Assembly: GCA_964106645.2 (NCBI GenBank)
Contig: OZ067040.1
Length of the DNA: 64,000 bases
Reading direction: 5' to 3' (one strand)
Source: Podarcis pityusensis
Lineage: Eukaryota
In this document: positions 12,768 to 25,825 of the stretch, piece by piece
How positions within the stretch are numbered: position 1 is the stretch's first letter
Layout of the letters: the number at the start of each line of letters is the position of its first letter
Made by a program: the position numbers and the translations under genes
Notes under the pieces: model-generated
Database searches by the model: none
What the model saw: only the letters and a program-made list of their open reading frames with translations
Told to the model about the DNA's origin: nothing

Positions 12768-13292
12768 TGGTAAAGGGTAAAACAAAAATTCCCAGATGGA
12801 CATGATCTAATGTGAATCCCCCCAAACCCCGCCGCTCTGTTCATGGAAAATAAATCTGTATATGGCAGAATGCAAAGTCCACAGGTGACTACCTTCTTAT
12901 TGTCTCACTTTGTTAAGAAAATCCACATGCATTTTTCATTCAGATCGAAGAGAGTCTTCTTGGTGCGTTGCCCAGAAATGAGAGGTTTTTCATGAGAAGC
13001 AGCCCCAATAAGCCAGAGGGCTGCAAGGAAATCCCACCCTCCCCATTGCACCCCACACCTCTTTCCCAGGGTGGGGCTGGGAAAGGCTTTAATCTGTCTG
13101 AGATCTTGACAGCTGCCTCCTGCCAAGAGTTGACAGTGCAGGCTGGGTGGAATAGCATGAGGCAGCTCTCTGTGATCGTAGAATACGAGTCGTCCAGACC
13201 TTTCAGAGCCTGGGACAGACGGGGCAAAGGGTAGAAGAGAAGGAATGGTTCAATCCCTGGCATCTCCCAGTTGAGCTGAGAATATCTCCTGT

Positions 13293-13851
13293 TGTCAGGG
13301 CAGGTGTTGGGAGCAGGGCAGCAAGGCCAGCAATAAATCATAAGGCACCTGTGAAGTTAAGGCTTTGTTCAAAGAAACACAACAGCTCAGGCCTAAAGAG
13401 TCTTCCTGATAGATCTTGCCCAAACGAGGAAGGTCTCGGTCTTCCCACAGCTCTCTTAAGTCACCTAGTCCCCCAGTTCCTTCCCAAGCAATCTGAGACT
13501 CAGACACCTTGTCTGTCTTCGCTGCGCCCTCTTCATACCTTTTTGGGTTCTGGGAGACCAAGCGGATGGGGGAGACAGCCTGGCTTCTCCACCAGCCTGC
13601 CTCTGCCTCTTGGCCCCTCTCCTCTTCAACTTCTGCTTCTGCCTCCAAGTCTGAACTGCCCTCTGCCACAGCCTCTTCCTGCTCACTAAACCCTATTACC
13701 TCTTCAGCTTCCAACACCTTCTTCCTCTGGTCACTCATCGTCATCCCACCACCAATCCCCTAGCTCTGAGCTTTCTTCCCCTGGGGGTTCCCTTGGGGGT
13801 TCCCCAGCGGGCACCTCCCACCGCTCCTTGGCATCCAGCCAGTCTGTGACA
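13293..13851 (-). mobile_element. solo LTR nested inside a Squam3-like SINE (13245-13930)
   Basis: TGTCA...TGACA termini; SINE halves join across it; degenerate TSD cctgt/tctgc. Confidence 0.6.
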
Positions 13852-14493
13852 TCTGCCTGCAACCTCTGTCAGTCAGCATAGACTGTACTAAGCTATCTGA
13901 GCCAGTGGCCTGACTTAGTGTGAGCTTCCTATGCTCTTATCTCATGGTGTTCCAGGACAGGAGCCTGAGAAAGCATCTTTCCATAGGTCAGGATAATATG
14001 GCACCCAGTAGGAACATGTTGCTGCCCTGGGGACAGAGGCCTCAGCAGGAAACTCCTTGGTCCATGAACAGGCCTCTTTGTTATCTTCCTCTGAAAGGCA
14101 GATTCTTCTAATTCCGGAACATTTCCCCTTTTATTGCCGCCCTTAACGAGCCTTTTATGAAGTGACCTTTGCAAATGTTCGTGAATGAATGAAAAATGCC
14201 CTTTGTCGGCCAAAGCCAGGGGCGGCTGGACTCGCCATCCTGCTCCGCTCTGCCCGCCTTAGGCGAGGTCCTCTCCGCGTGGGAGACTTCTGCTGCAAGC
14301 AGCAAACTGTGCACATATTTTCCTGTTGGGGCAGTTGGCTAGAGAGATGCAAAGCACACAGCTTTTTCTGAACACGCCACATGCTTTCCTTAACCTTAAA
14401 ACGGGAAGAACAGCCAATGGGTTTGGGGCCTGCTGATCTGGGCTAGGTTCGTTGGCAATAGCAGGTGGTCAGCAGCCCCAGGCAAAGGCAAGA

Positions 14494-14733
14494 GCCAGTG
14501 TGGTGTAGTGGTTAAGAGCGGTAGACTCGTAATCTGGTGAACCGGGTTCGCGTCTCCGCTCCTCCACATGCAGCTGCTGGGTGACCTTGGGCTAGTCACC
14601 TTCTCTGAAGTCTCTCAGCCCCACTCACCTCACAGAGTGTCTGTTGTGGGGGAGGAAGGGAAAGGAGAATGTTAGCCGCTTTGAGACTCCTTTGGGTAGT
14701 GATAAAGCGGGATATCAAATCCAAAAACTTCTT
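14494..14733 (+). mobile_element. tRNA-derived SINE (Squam1-like)
   Basis: gccagtgtggtgtagtggttaagagc...ggttcg boxes; tail ...gataaagcgggatatcaaatcc. Confidence 0.75.
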
Positions 14734-15609
14734 CAAGAGCTGTGGCTTTCTTGTATTGAACCTAATGCAAGGATGCCCAATACATCTCAAGTGCTGAATG
14801 CTAGTAAATGTGTAGACCGTCTTACGTTGGGTCAAGCCACTGGTCCACCTAGTACTACCTACTCCAGCCTCCACCAAAACTGGTTATGTTCTACCTTCAC
14901 TGTTGGAGGCAACATGCCTCTGGGTATCAGTTGTTGGGCATTGCGAGTGGTAAGAGTGCTGTTGCACTCTGGGTCTACTTTTGGGCTTCCCATTGGCAAT
15001 TGGTTGGCCACTATGAAGACAGAATGGGCCATTATCCTGTCCAGCAGACTCTTCCTAAATGTGCTTCAAATGTATAGTACATATGCAGCCAATGTCTGCA
15101 GTGGGGAGACTACTCTACTTGTGTCGGTTGCCCACCAGTTTAGCATCCTGGGGAATCTCAGAGTTTTAATCATCCTTGGGTCCCCAGGTGTTTATGAACT
15201 ACAACTCACACCATCCCTGGCAAAGTTAGCCAATGGCCAGGGAGGGTGGAAGCTGGGGTCCAATAACACTAAGGAACCCAAATTATGCAGAGAGTGGAGA
15301 AGATGACCCACTGCAAACGTTCACCCTTCAACACAAGGAGAATGATGGAGACAGACATGGCAGTGCAACAGAGGTAGCAGAGTCGCCATGCTTATCCCCA
15401 ACTCTCCATCGCAGGAGAGGCGTAACACCCAAGGAAGGTCGCTGCATTCTGTCATTCCCTTTCCACTCAGAGCAACAAGAACGATGGGAACAAATCATAT
15501 TCTTCTTAGAGGAGGGGAGGTTTATATGGTTGGAGGAGCCACCCCTGAGGCATCCGCAGCCACAACACAAAAAATACCCCTCTTCTTCTTCTCCCCTTCC
15601 CCCCCACAG

Positions 15610-15756
15610 CTGTCGCTCTGGATTAATGAGAAGATGCTTACAGCGCAGGACATGTCTTACGATGAAGCGAGGAACCTGCACAGCAAGTGGCTGAAACACC
15701 AGGCCTTCATGGCAGAGCTTGGTTCCAACAAAGAATGGCTTGACAAAATTGAAAAG
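15610..15756 (+). CDS. SPTBN1: exon 8/25 (LSLWINEK...LDKIEK)
   Basis: cacag| ... |gtgagc. Confidence 0.95.
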
Positions 15757-16547
15757 GTGAGCGCGTGTGGGGGAAAAGCTGTGCAAAAGCCCACAAGACA
15801 TCCAAGGAACTGTCTCTGAGGTGCCTGCTTTTTGTTTGTTTGTTTGTTTGTTTGTTTGTTTGTTTTTAAATGCTCATTTTATGCTTCACAGCATTTGGCT
15901 TTGGAGACACACGGCGCCATTTTGACTGCCAAGCCTTTGGGTTAATATTAGTTTGATGTGGCATAAGAATTCCTCCCGAATGTGTCGAGGCAGCGCTGTG
16001 AATTTGTACAATTTCTTCTGTTGTGCACAAAGTGTTTTGAAATCCTCACCGTACCGACTTGCCTGCGGTTACCTTGTGAGAGCAGTGACAGTGAGCTCTG
16101 TTTTTCACCTGGGCAGCTAAAGGCTGGTGTTTTCATGCATATGTAGGAGCCAGGCTACTACACTCATGGAAGTTTCCAGGCTGCAGTGAGGCCTAGCTGA
16201 TTTAGTAAGAAAAGAATGCCAGCTTTGGGCTTTAAAGTCCTTGGCTGAAGTCTCATCCCAGCCAGGAATCCCCTCAGTCACCGCAGAACAGCTGTCCTCT
16301 CAGCTTTCCCTCCAGCCATTAATGTGGAGAGAATGACGTCTACCTGCTTCACAAATCTGCTCTTTGAATCAGCGAGGTAACAGCTGATTCATGTTATTTT
16401 TTTAAAAACTGGTTTTTAATTTCAAGTAACAAAACATACCCTTAGTTGTTATACAGAAAAGAAAGAAAGAAACATTAACATCCACTTGTTTCTGATCCCC
16501 AGGCTGTTCTAACCCACAAAGCTTAAAGGGTTTCTGTTTGTTTGCAG

Positions 16548-16811
16548 GAAGGGATGCAGCTCATCGCTGAGAAACCCGAAACGGAGGGAATCGTGAAAGA
16601 GAAGCTGACGAGTTTGCACCATATGTGGGAAGTGCTTGAAAGCACCACCCAGACGAAAGCCCAGCGGCTTTTCGATGCCAACAAGGCTGAGCTGTTCACC
16701 CAGAGCTGTGCTGACTTGGATAAGTGGCTGAATGGCCTGGAAAGCCAGATTCAGTCAGACGACTACGGCAAGGACCTCACCAGCGTCAATATTCTGCTGA
16801 AGAAGCAACAG
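16548..16811 (+). CDS. SPTBN1: exon 9/25 (EGMQLIAEK...LLKKQQ)
   Basis: tgcag| ... |gtgaag. Confidence 0.95.
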
Positions 16812-16969
16812 GTGAAGTGATCGGAGCAGCTTCTTTCAGCGAGGAGAGGTGGTTGGAGATAGAGAAAGATATGAATATATGCATTTCCTTGTTTCTAAAA
16901 TTAAAATTACACAACTGCCTTTCCAAACACCAAGCACCCAAGGTGGCTGAAATCCCTCACTCTTGAAGC

Positions 16970-17009
<40 letters not shown>

Positions 17010-17010
17010 A

Positions 17011-17460
17011 CCTCATACCTACGGGACCGCCTCTCCTGGTATGTCCCACGGAGGACCTTACGGTTTTCAAACAAATACATCTTGGAGGTCCCAGGCCTCA
17101 GTAAGGTTAGGCTGGCCTCAACCAGAGCCAGGGCTTTTTCGGCTGTGGCCCCGATCTGGTGGAACGCTCTGTCACAAGAGACTAGGGCCTTGCGGGACTC
17201 GACATCTTTCCGCAGGGCCTGCAAGACAGAGCTGTTCCCACCAGGCCTTTGGCCAGGGCACAGCCTGACCCCCTCCTTTGGCAATCCTCACAGAACTCTA
17301 GCCCAATGGTTGCCATTAATTTGATTTAAACTGATTTTATAACGAAATGATTTTAGAATGTTGTATTATTTTACTGTTGTTAGCCGCTCGGAGCCCGGCT
17401 TCGGCTGGGGAGGGAGGGATATAAATAAAATCTATTATTATTATTATTATTATTATTATT
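17011..17460 (+). mobile_element. L2-clade 3' end, subfamily 2
   Basis: RAFSAVAPIWWNALS motif, (TTA)n tail; related copies 30501-31100 and 54588-55303. Confidence 0.8.
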
Positions 17461-17561
17461 ACTTCTACTTATTTACTTGCCCTTCACCCTAAGGTCTCAA
17501 TGCAGGTTGCAACATTAAAATACAAAATTGAAACACAGAAAACATAACATAAAAACAACAG

Positions 17562-17650
17562 GTATCTGAAAAAGTGTGCATGCACACGAAAGCTTATACC
17601 CAGAGCAAACTTAGTTGGTCTCTAAGGTGCTACTGGACAATTTTTTAATT
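17562..17650. mobile_element. Penelope-like terminal fragment
   Basis: Matches the arm of the 24200-24427 element. Confidence 0.6.
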
Positions 17651-17884
17651 TATTATAACAACAGCAACACACTTTCCTAATAGTACAACCTTCTCCCACC
17701 AGGTGCCCTCTTGATGTTTTGGGCTACACTCCTTCACAGCCCCACAAGTTGATTGGGGCTGATGGAAGCTGGAGTCAAACAACCTCCAAAGAGCACCAGG
17801 TTAGGGAAGGCTGCTGCTGCAGCAGCATCGCACTGGAAGAGAATGGCTAGTGAACATGCACATTTCCTCTCCCTGCCATTTTAG

Positions 17885-18109
17885 ATGCTTGAGAACCAAA
17901 TGGACGTCCGCAAGAAAGAGATAGAGGAGCTGCAGAGCCAGGCCCAGGCGCTGAGCCAGGAGGGCAAGAGCGCTGACGAAGTTGACAGCAAACGCTTCAT
18001 CGTGGAGAAGAAGTTCGTGGAGCTGCTGGAACCCTTGACCGAGAGGAAGGCCCATCTTCTGGCCTCCAAGGAGATCCACCAGTTCAACCGGGATGTGGAG
18101 GACGAAATT
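17885..18109 (+). CDS. SPTBN1: exon 10/25 (MLENQMDV...VEDEI)
   Basis: tttag| ... |gtgagt. Confidence 0.95.
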
Positions 18110-18398
18110 GTGAGTTCCAAAGTTGACTTGCTGAGAAAGTGGATAGAGAGAAGTTTCTCCCATAGTAATGGAACCTGATTTCATCCAATGAAATTGAGTG
18201 GCGGGAGATTCAGGGCAGACAGAAGCAAGTTCTTTATGTAGCACATAATTTTCACCCACCAAGTTAAAAGGAGATGAGAGTCACAGAGGATAAGATCACC
18301 AGTGGCTACTAGCTGCAATAGTTGGGTCTGCCTGTTACCCTTCATTTCCCGTGGATATACCATTGAGTTACTTTGCCATCTTATTTCCCTCCTTCTAG

Positions 18399-18488
18399 TT
18401 GTGGGTTGGAGAGAGGATGCCCATTGCCACATCGACAGATCATGGTCACAACCTCCAGACTGTACAGTTGCTCATTAAGAAGAATCAG
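18399..18488 (+). CDS. SPTBN1: exon 11/25 (LWVGERMP...LIKKNQ)
   Basis: tctag| ... |gtaagt; 90 nt. Confidence 0.95.
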
Positions 18489-19271
18489 GTAAGTGGCTAA
18501 ATCTGCCTGGATCCAAAGTAGTACAGTGATTCCCAAATGGGCAGACGATCAAGGGAGGCCTTTAGGCATGCTTTCTCTCATAATACTAGGGATCACCCAA
18601 GAAAGTAGAGCAGGTGGACAGACGAAAAGAAGTACTTGTATCACTTTGACCCACAAACACGCAAGTAGAGCCCAGAAAGCACATTTGCCATTTTTGAAAT
18701 CTCCCTACCCCCACCTCCTGGGCACCTGGCCACCTCCTAGTCTTTAGTGTACACTTTGCATTGTGGTCAGATTTGGCAAAAGTGTTGTGCCCTTTTTACG
18801 GATTATGAGACCGGTGGTACAGAGATATCGCCCAGATCTCACCTAAGACATCAGTGGCAATGCCAGAGGTTGAATCCTCTCTTCCCAATGTCCCCCCAGG
18901 ATGGATGATGGTGGTGGTGGTTGTGATCAAGTGTATTACCCACCCTTCACCAACAGGTCCCAGGGCTGGTGACAACAATTTAAAATTCAGAGTTAAAAAC
19001 AGTTAAAACAAATTAGAGTCACAGGAGGAGGGTGGGCCCTAAAAACATACATTTCAGGTGTCCAAAGGCCAGGGTAAAGAGATCCAATTAAAGCAACCTG
19101 CCCTGTAAGTTACGCTTGTCATTGGGTTCTCCTGCATGCAGACTCTACTGCCATGGACAGCAGGTGCTAAAACTCAAGGGATGGCACCTTGGCACCATTT
19201 ATGTGGAAAGACAGTGTGCAAATATAAATAACTATCTGTGGTCCCAACACACATCTTATTAAATATTAAAT

Positions 19272-19409
19272 CAGTGTTTCCCAACCTGGGGTCACCATCT
19301 TGTTTTTTGGACTACAACTCCCATCATCCCTAGCCAGCAGGACCAGTGGTCAGGGATGATGGGAATTGTGGTCCAAAAACAGCTGGGGACCCAAGCTTGG
19401 AAAACCCTG
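19272..19409. mobile_element. short hAT-derived hairpin MITE (many related copies, e.g. ~9660, 17700, 39620, 43310, 51830, 53010, 61410)
   Basis: TIRs + exact TSD TATTAAAT; internal actacaactcccatc / gatgggaattgtggt inversion. Confidence 0.8.
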
Positions 19410-19737
19410 TATTAAATGATAACACTGTAAGATGCAAAAGTCACCCTGGAGATACCAGTCTCTGTGGCGAGTGTAACATAAAGGCCCAAAGGCCTTTGAG
19501 TTGTCCTCTAGTTCCTTCCCCCTAGTAGTAATGAGTCCTTTAGCCCGCTGAAATTTATGCCGCTGGGCCAAAATGACTGATGGAAGCACAGGTACCGTCA
19601 GAACATTTTGTGCTCTCAAATTCTCTCACACAGCATTCTGGGAGTCTGCCCTCCTGGCTGACTTCCCGTTGTCTTTCTTCCCAAAGTGTTTGTTCGATGA
19701 GCTATTTCCAACCCGAGTGTTGAATTTCCCACATTAG

Positions 19738-20016
19738 ACACTTCAGAAGGAAATCCAGGGGCACCAGCCTCGCATCGACGACATTTTCGAGAGGAGCCAA
19801 AACATCATTACAGACAGCAGCCTTAATGCCGAAGCAATCCAGCAGCGGCTCGCAGACTTGCAGCAGCTGTGGAGCCTCCTGATAGAGGAGACGGAGAAAC
19901 GCCACAAGCGCCTTGAGGAGTCCCACAAAGCCCAGCAGTACTACTTTGACGCCGCGGAGGCTGAAGCCTGGATGAGCGAACAGGAACTCTACATGATGTC
20001 AGAAGAGAAGGCCAAG
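19738..20016 (+). CDS. SPTBN1: exon 12/25 (TLQKEIQGHQ...SEEKAK)
   Basis: attag| ... |gtaagt. Confidence 0.95.
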
Positions 20017-20309
20017 GTAAGTTGGCGTCCATGTAGACGCGGCCTATGGGCAGCAGGGGACATCCGCACTATCGGTTTATGCCAGTTTGGAAACCAGGCT
20101 AATTGACATGGCTTCGAAGGACTCTGGGAACTACCATTTTATGAGGGGCGCTGCAATTTTGTTGCCAAATATCCCATATACCCTTCATAGAGCTATGGGT
20201 GCCAATGATCCTTAGGACTGGTTCAACATAGGCATGTACTGTCAATCTGATTTCTGTACACTTGATTAGAAGCACACATCCCAACCATGTTCTCTCATAT
20301 AATAATGAT

Positions 20310-20630
20310 AATAATTTATTATTTATACCCCACCCATCTGGCTGGGTTTGCCCAGCCACTCTGGGCAGCTTCCAACATAATAAAACATGATAAAAGATCA
20401 AACTTCCCTAGACAGGGCTGCCTTCAGATGCCTTCTCAAAGTCAGATAGTTGTTTATTTCCTTGACATCTGCTGGGAGGGCGTTCCACAGGGCGGGTGCC
20501 ACCACCGAGAAGGCCCTCTGCCTGTCCCCTGTAACCTCACTTCTCGCAGGGAGGGAACATCCAGAAGGCCCTCAGAGCTGGACCTCAGCTTCCGGGCTGA
20601 GCGATCGGGGTGGAGACGCTCCTTTAGCTA
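20310..20630 (-). mobile_element. L2-clade 3' fragment (also 11190-11300, 30115-30450, 52850-53000)
   Basis: Reverse complement of the 8895-9392 family. Confidence 0.75.
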
Positions 20631-21059
20631 TACTTGCATGTATGATTCGGTTATCAGACACCACAAACACAACATACCATCTCAAACACAGTGCCTTGGG
20701 TTGGCGTTGGTTCAGTTACCAAGGTCATCAAGTGTACAGCAATCTAATGCAGGAAAACTCAACAGATATGCAGTCAACTCCCCACTTTAGGCGCATTTGA
20801 CTCACTCACGACCAAATCTTTGTGTGGCACTAGGAAATAAAGAAATAAATTTGATTTAAACGGTGAAAAGGTGCGAAAATGGCAAAAGCGGCTCGAATAT
20901 GATCTCAAAAACTGCAAAAGTGGTGCAAAAAGAGAAGGGAAAATGGCTAATAAGTGCTGCTGGGTTTTCCAAGGGCTTCTAGAGGTTTAGAAGACGTTTA
21001 CTGGCTTTTTAGATGGTGTTCCCTACTATACGTGATTTTACTTACATGTGCGGTCTCTG

Positions 21060-21210
21060 GGAAGTTGTGGACTCTCCTTCCTTGGAGGTTAGTAAGCAGA
21101 GGTTGGACGGCCATCTGTCATGGATGATTTAGCTGAGTTTCCTGCATTGCATGAGGTTGGACTAGATGACCCTTTGAGTCCCTTCCAACTCTATATTTCT
21201 ATTATTCTAC
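21060..21210 (+). mobile_element. CR1 3' end
   Basis: ggactctccttccttggagg...ggttggactagatgaccc...ccttccaactct. Confidence 0.7.
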
Positions 21211-21913
21211 CGCCCAACACCAATTGGGGTCCCATATGTTTTTATGAAATCCTCCCCAGAGAGTTGCAGAGGTAGACTGAGATAAATGAGTAACAGTTAT
21301 TGCCTAGCAGAAATCACTTTCAGGTTTTATAAATAATTTGACTGATGGAGAAGTTTAATGCGCAGTTCTAAGCATCATTTAGCCCAGAATCCATCTTCCA
21401 GTAGTCAGTGCCTGTTTCTATTTTTGCTGCTTTGATTGAAAGGTTCAATTTTTCTACATTTCTATTTTTCTCTCTGTGTGTGTCCCCCCCCCCCTTTCTG
21501 TGGAAAGTCTGACGTCATTTATGTTTAATGACACAGAAATATCCAGCAAGAACTGCTACCTAGGCACAGTCAGAACATGTCAAGGTTCTGTGAGTTTACA
21601 AAATACAGCTACGGCAAAACAGTGCGACTGTACAGGGTAGCTGGAGTGAGCCAGCCAGATACCTGTAATTTCTTCCCCCAAACTCTTGTGCTTCTCAGTG
21701 CGCACTTGCTGAAGTCGGTTTTAGAACATGAATGAACCACTTAAGAGAAATCAAGCCCCATCTTCTTCCTTCGCTGCCCTGTCTCTTACATGCTTTATAT
21801 GCTGTGGATTCTCAAGTTTTTATTATGGTGGAGCAAGAAGGCCCTTTTTTCTAGCCCTAGTTTGTGAACACTTTTTTCAAACAAACAAACAAAATATCCC
21901 AGGTTTGTTTATA

Positions 21914-22163
21914 CAGTCGTACCTTGGATATCGAACACTTTGGTACTTGGACGTTTTGGCTCCCGAACTCTGCAAACCCAGAAGTAATTGTTCCAGTTTG
22001 CGAACGTTCTTTGGAACCTGAACATCCGACTGGGCATCCGCGGCTTCCGATTGGCTGCAGCAGCTTCCTGCAGCCAATCGGAAGCTGCGCTTTTGTTTCC
22101 AAACGTTTTGGAAGTTGAACGGACTTCCAGAATGGATTCCATTCGACTTCTAAGGTACGACTG
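21914..22163. mobile_element. Tc1/mariner-type MITE family A
   Basis: TA-flanked CAGTCGTACC TIRs. Confidence 0.87.
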
Positions 22164-22260
22164 TATTTGAACTCCTCTACTTGGTTCATGTTGACTTGCC
22201 TTGGTTATAGGTCCTATTATAATGGCAACCTAACCTGCCACTATCAGCTAATTCACAACC

Positions 22261-22914
22261 GTCTTTTCTTTTTTAGAATAATTTTTATTGAATTTCCCAT
22301 TTTACAATTTCAAATAAACATTTTACAAACTTTAAAATATCCAGTGACTTCCCTTCTTCTCTTTCCATGATTCATTTTATACATCCTACATCCCTGCATA
22401 TTTTACTATAACCATTCAAATCAATTTCCCACTTTTACATCCATCAAAAAAAAATTACTCTTGAATTTATCTTAATGCTGCCAGCATTTTCAACTGTATA
22501 CAAGTATTTCCCACATATTCAATAAATGCTTTCCAATCTTCTTTAAACATATGTTCTTCTTGCTCTCTTATTCTATATGTTAAATCTGCAAATTGCTCAT
22601 ATTCATAAGTTGTTGATCCTCTTTAGTTGGGACCTCACTCACTTTCCATTTTTGGGCTAACAAAAAATGGGCCATGGTAGTTGCATACATAAATAACCTT
22701 TTCTGACACCTGGGAATTTCAGTCTGAGTTATCCCCAACAAAAAGGACTCTGGCTTTTTGGGGGAAAGTAGTTTCAAACATTTCCCCCCAGTTCATTATA
22801 AATCATTTCCCAATACCTTTTTGCCTTTTTACATGTCCACCACATGTGGAGGAAAATTCCCTCCACTCTTTTACATTTCCAACACTTATCTGATTCTGTT
22901 TTATAAATCTTAGC
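22261..22914 (-). mobile_element. L1-clade LINE 3' fragment
   Basis: KPESFLLG...LFMYATT ORF2 motif; TSD-like cagc(t/c)aattcacaacc on both flanks. Confidence 0.78.
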
Positions 22915-23558
22915 CAGCCAATTCACAACCTGCCTTTTGTCTTGGATCCGTTTCCTTGTGTTTGCCTTTTTTCCCAGTGGCTTATATCTTTTCTGGAGCT
23001 TTCAGCCATTTCATTTGGATAGATGCCCCTCTTTTTCAAACTTCCTGAAGTCAGGAAAGGGGGCTTGTAGCCTGATTTGAAACCCCTGCGTTGAAAAGAT
23101 CAGGATGCTGAGAGTGTTCGATTTGCCTTTGGCCTGGTACAGCAGAACTCTTCTCGTGTTCTTACCTCCTTCAGTAATTTATGGCAGTTAGTAGGTGGCC
23201 CAGCCTTTTGGCACATATGCCACCTGTCAAGGCTAGAGTGCCGCTCAAACAGGAGTGGCTTGCCTAGTGAGGTTGCGCTGCATTGCAATAGCCTCCTGGT
23301 GGCAGCGTCACTCCTGTTTACCAGAAGGTGGGGGGAGCTTGGCAGAGGCACGGTAGGACTGCAAAGAGATACCAGTCAGAGTGCCAGATTGGCTCTGCTG
23401 GTTCATCTGTGCCACCCTGACCTCGCCACTGCCTGTCCCAGTAAGTGGCACTGATGCCAGGAAGCTCTTTTTGCATCTTCACTCTGCCCCCCTCCAATCT
23501 GGGACGTGGAACTGCAATGTCACGTGAGTGAGATGAATAAACACCCTTTAATAAAATA

Positions 23559-23561
<3 letters not shown>

Positions 23562-23613
<52 letters not shown>
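23562..23613. repeat. (GATA)n microsatellite
   Basis: Direct reading. Confidence 0.95.
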
Positions 23614-23614
<1 letters not shown>

Positions 23615-23666
23615 AAAAATAAAATAAAAGAGAATGGGAACGATATATCTATCAAAATTACAAATA

Positions 23667-23912
23667 CAGTCATACCTCTTGTTACGTTTGCTTCATGATA
23701 GGTTTTTTCAGGTTGCATCCCGGGGTGACCTGGAAGTACCAGAAAGGGTTACTTCTGGGTTTCACCACTCGCGCATGCGCAGACACGCAAAATGACATAA
23801 CGCACAGAAGCGGCAAATCGCGACCCGAGCGTGCACAGACACGGGTTGCGTTCCTTTCAGGTTGCAAACGGGGCTCCGGAACGGATCCCGTTCACAACCA
23901 GAGGTACCACTG
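23667..23912. mobile_element. Tc1/mariner-type MITE family C
   Basis: TA|CAGTCATACCTC...GAGGTACCACTG|TA. Confidence 0.82.
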
Positions 23913-24199
23913 TACCTAAATACAGACTGCCATTTACCCTTGCTAGATTCAATGTGCTGCCATCTGCCTTATTGCAGGGCAGATTCGAGGGTAAACCATA
24001 CATGGAAGGAGTCTGCCCCTGCTGATTGATGGAGGTAGAAACTTGTCTTGTTACACTGTCGTTTCTATGGGGATATACGTTTGGTACTTATCATCCCTGC
24101 TATACAAAAATCTCCAAATGGGTCCGAACTTCAATGTCTAAAATCCCTGGTAGAGGACAAGGATCCAGAGATTACGCGAAGGGTGGCCACATTCTGTGT

Positions 24200-24427
24200 T
24201 ACAGATAGGTAGCCGTGTTGGTCTGCCATAGTCAAAATAAAAAAAATTCTTCCAGTAGCACCTTTAAGACCAACTAAGTTAGTTCTTGGTATGAGCTTTC
24301 GTGTGCAAGCACACTTCTTCAGATACACACAGGTGTATCTGAAGAAGTGTGCTTGCACACGAAAGCTCATACCAAGAACTAACTTAGTTGGTCTTAAAGG
24401 TGCTACTGGAAGAATTTTTTTTATTTT
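24200..24427. mobile_element. Penelope-like insertion containing a perfect 95-bp inverted repeat
   Basis: Arms 24234-24328 and 24333-24427; 12-bp TSD CACATTCTGTGT. Confidence 0.8.
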
Positions 24428-25103
24428 CACATTCTGTGTGACTGCCATAAAACCTAGGGAACAAACTGTGCTACCATACTGACTAAGGCCTTAAATGGCA
24501 ATTTTAGGTTACTTTTTTTTCTTTTCTTTTTTTCTTTTTTCTTTTATTAAAATAATTCAACATTAATACATACATATTACGAATATACAGACAAACATAC
24601 ATTTCATACATTCCTTAAAAATATTCATACATACCCACACTCAATCCCACACATACTTCCTTTTCCCACCACCAATTTTAGGTTATATGTTAGTGATTAA
24701 GATTTAACTTACATATTTTTAACTGCTGCTATATCTGTATTATCCCTGTTATACCCGATTGCAAATTCATATGTATCCCTATCGTGTTTTATGACTTCCC
24801 TGATATTGTATGTGAGTTGGAAATGGTCTGTGACCGAATAATAAATTTATATTATATTATTATACTCTCCCCCCCCCAGAGCTGCTCCTGGACCCTAGCG
24901 CACTCCAGCCCTCTTTCCACCCTCTCTTATCTTGGTGTGGGTCTGCCTCTGGATATTACTGAGTTGGGAGCAGACAGCAGCATGACGGAGGGGCAGCCCT
25001 GCGTCTGTGCATGTTAGTGGACACCTCCTGCAACTTGTCTCATTAAAATGATCGGTGCCTTAAAATCACCAATAAAAGACAGAAGTTTTAAAATGCCCAA
25101 GTA

Positions 25104-25357
25104 CAGTCATACCTCGAGTTGAATGCGCTTTGGGTTGAGCATGTTCGAGTTGCGCTCCGCAGCAGCTCGGAAGTAACAGAGCACGTTACTTCTGGGTTTT
25201 GCCGCTCGCGCATGTGCAGACACTCAAAATGACGTCATGCGCGGAAGCGGCAAGATTCGACCCACGCATGCGCAGGCGCGCTGTCGTGTCTTGCGTTCCG
25301 TTCGGAATGCAAAGGGGGCTCCGGAACGGGTCCCGTTTGCATCCCAAGGTACCACTG
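25104..25357. mobile_element. Tc1/mariner-type MITE family C
   Basis: TA-flanked CAGTCATACC/GGTACCACTG. Confidence 0.82.
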
Positions 25358-25694
25358 TATAAGTAAAAATAGTTTAAAATATACATTATAATATGCATTG
25401 TGGGTGGAGTGCGGTTTCAGGCTATTACAAACATTCTATCTGTGCAAGCATTTCAGCTGGCCAGGCAGAACAATTTCCCCTTCCCCTCAGTCCCTGTTCT
25501 GGGGGTTCTCTGACACACACAACCGAACCGATTTGGGGGGTGCACGGGGAAGAAGGGGGGAGCCCCATTGTGCAAGCAGAAGCTTCTCCTGAAAGGGTTT
25601 GTTAGGTGAAACCCTCCCTATTTATGCACACCAAGATGACTCCCTCCACCATGGTGTCATGCAAAGAAAATGACATTCTCTCTCGCCACTTTAG

Positions 25695-25825
25695 GATGAA
25701 CAAAGTGCAGTTTCCATGTTGAAGAAGCACCAGATTTTGGAGCAGGCCGTAGAAGATTATGCTGAGACCGTGCACCAGCTATCCAAGACTAGCAGGACTT
25801 TGGTGGCAGACAATCATCCAGAGAG
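25695..25825 (+). CDS. SPTBN1: exon 13/25 (DEQSAVSML...DNHPES)
   Basis: tttag| ... |gtgact. Confidence 0.94.

Noticed and set aside
13295-13744. 149-aa Glu-rich minus-strand ORF
   Set aside because: Lies within a solo LTR nested in a SINE; not a host gene.
14644-15306. 220-aa intronic ORF
   Set aside because: Starts in a SINE, has no domain or splice support; chance ORF.
24131-24482. Matching ORF segments on both strands
   Set aside because: Artefact of the perfect inverted repeat.
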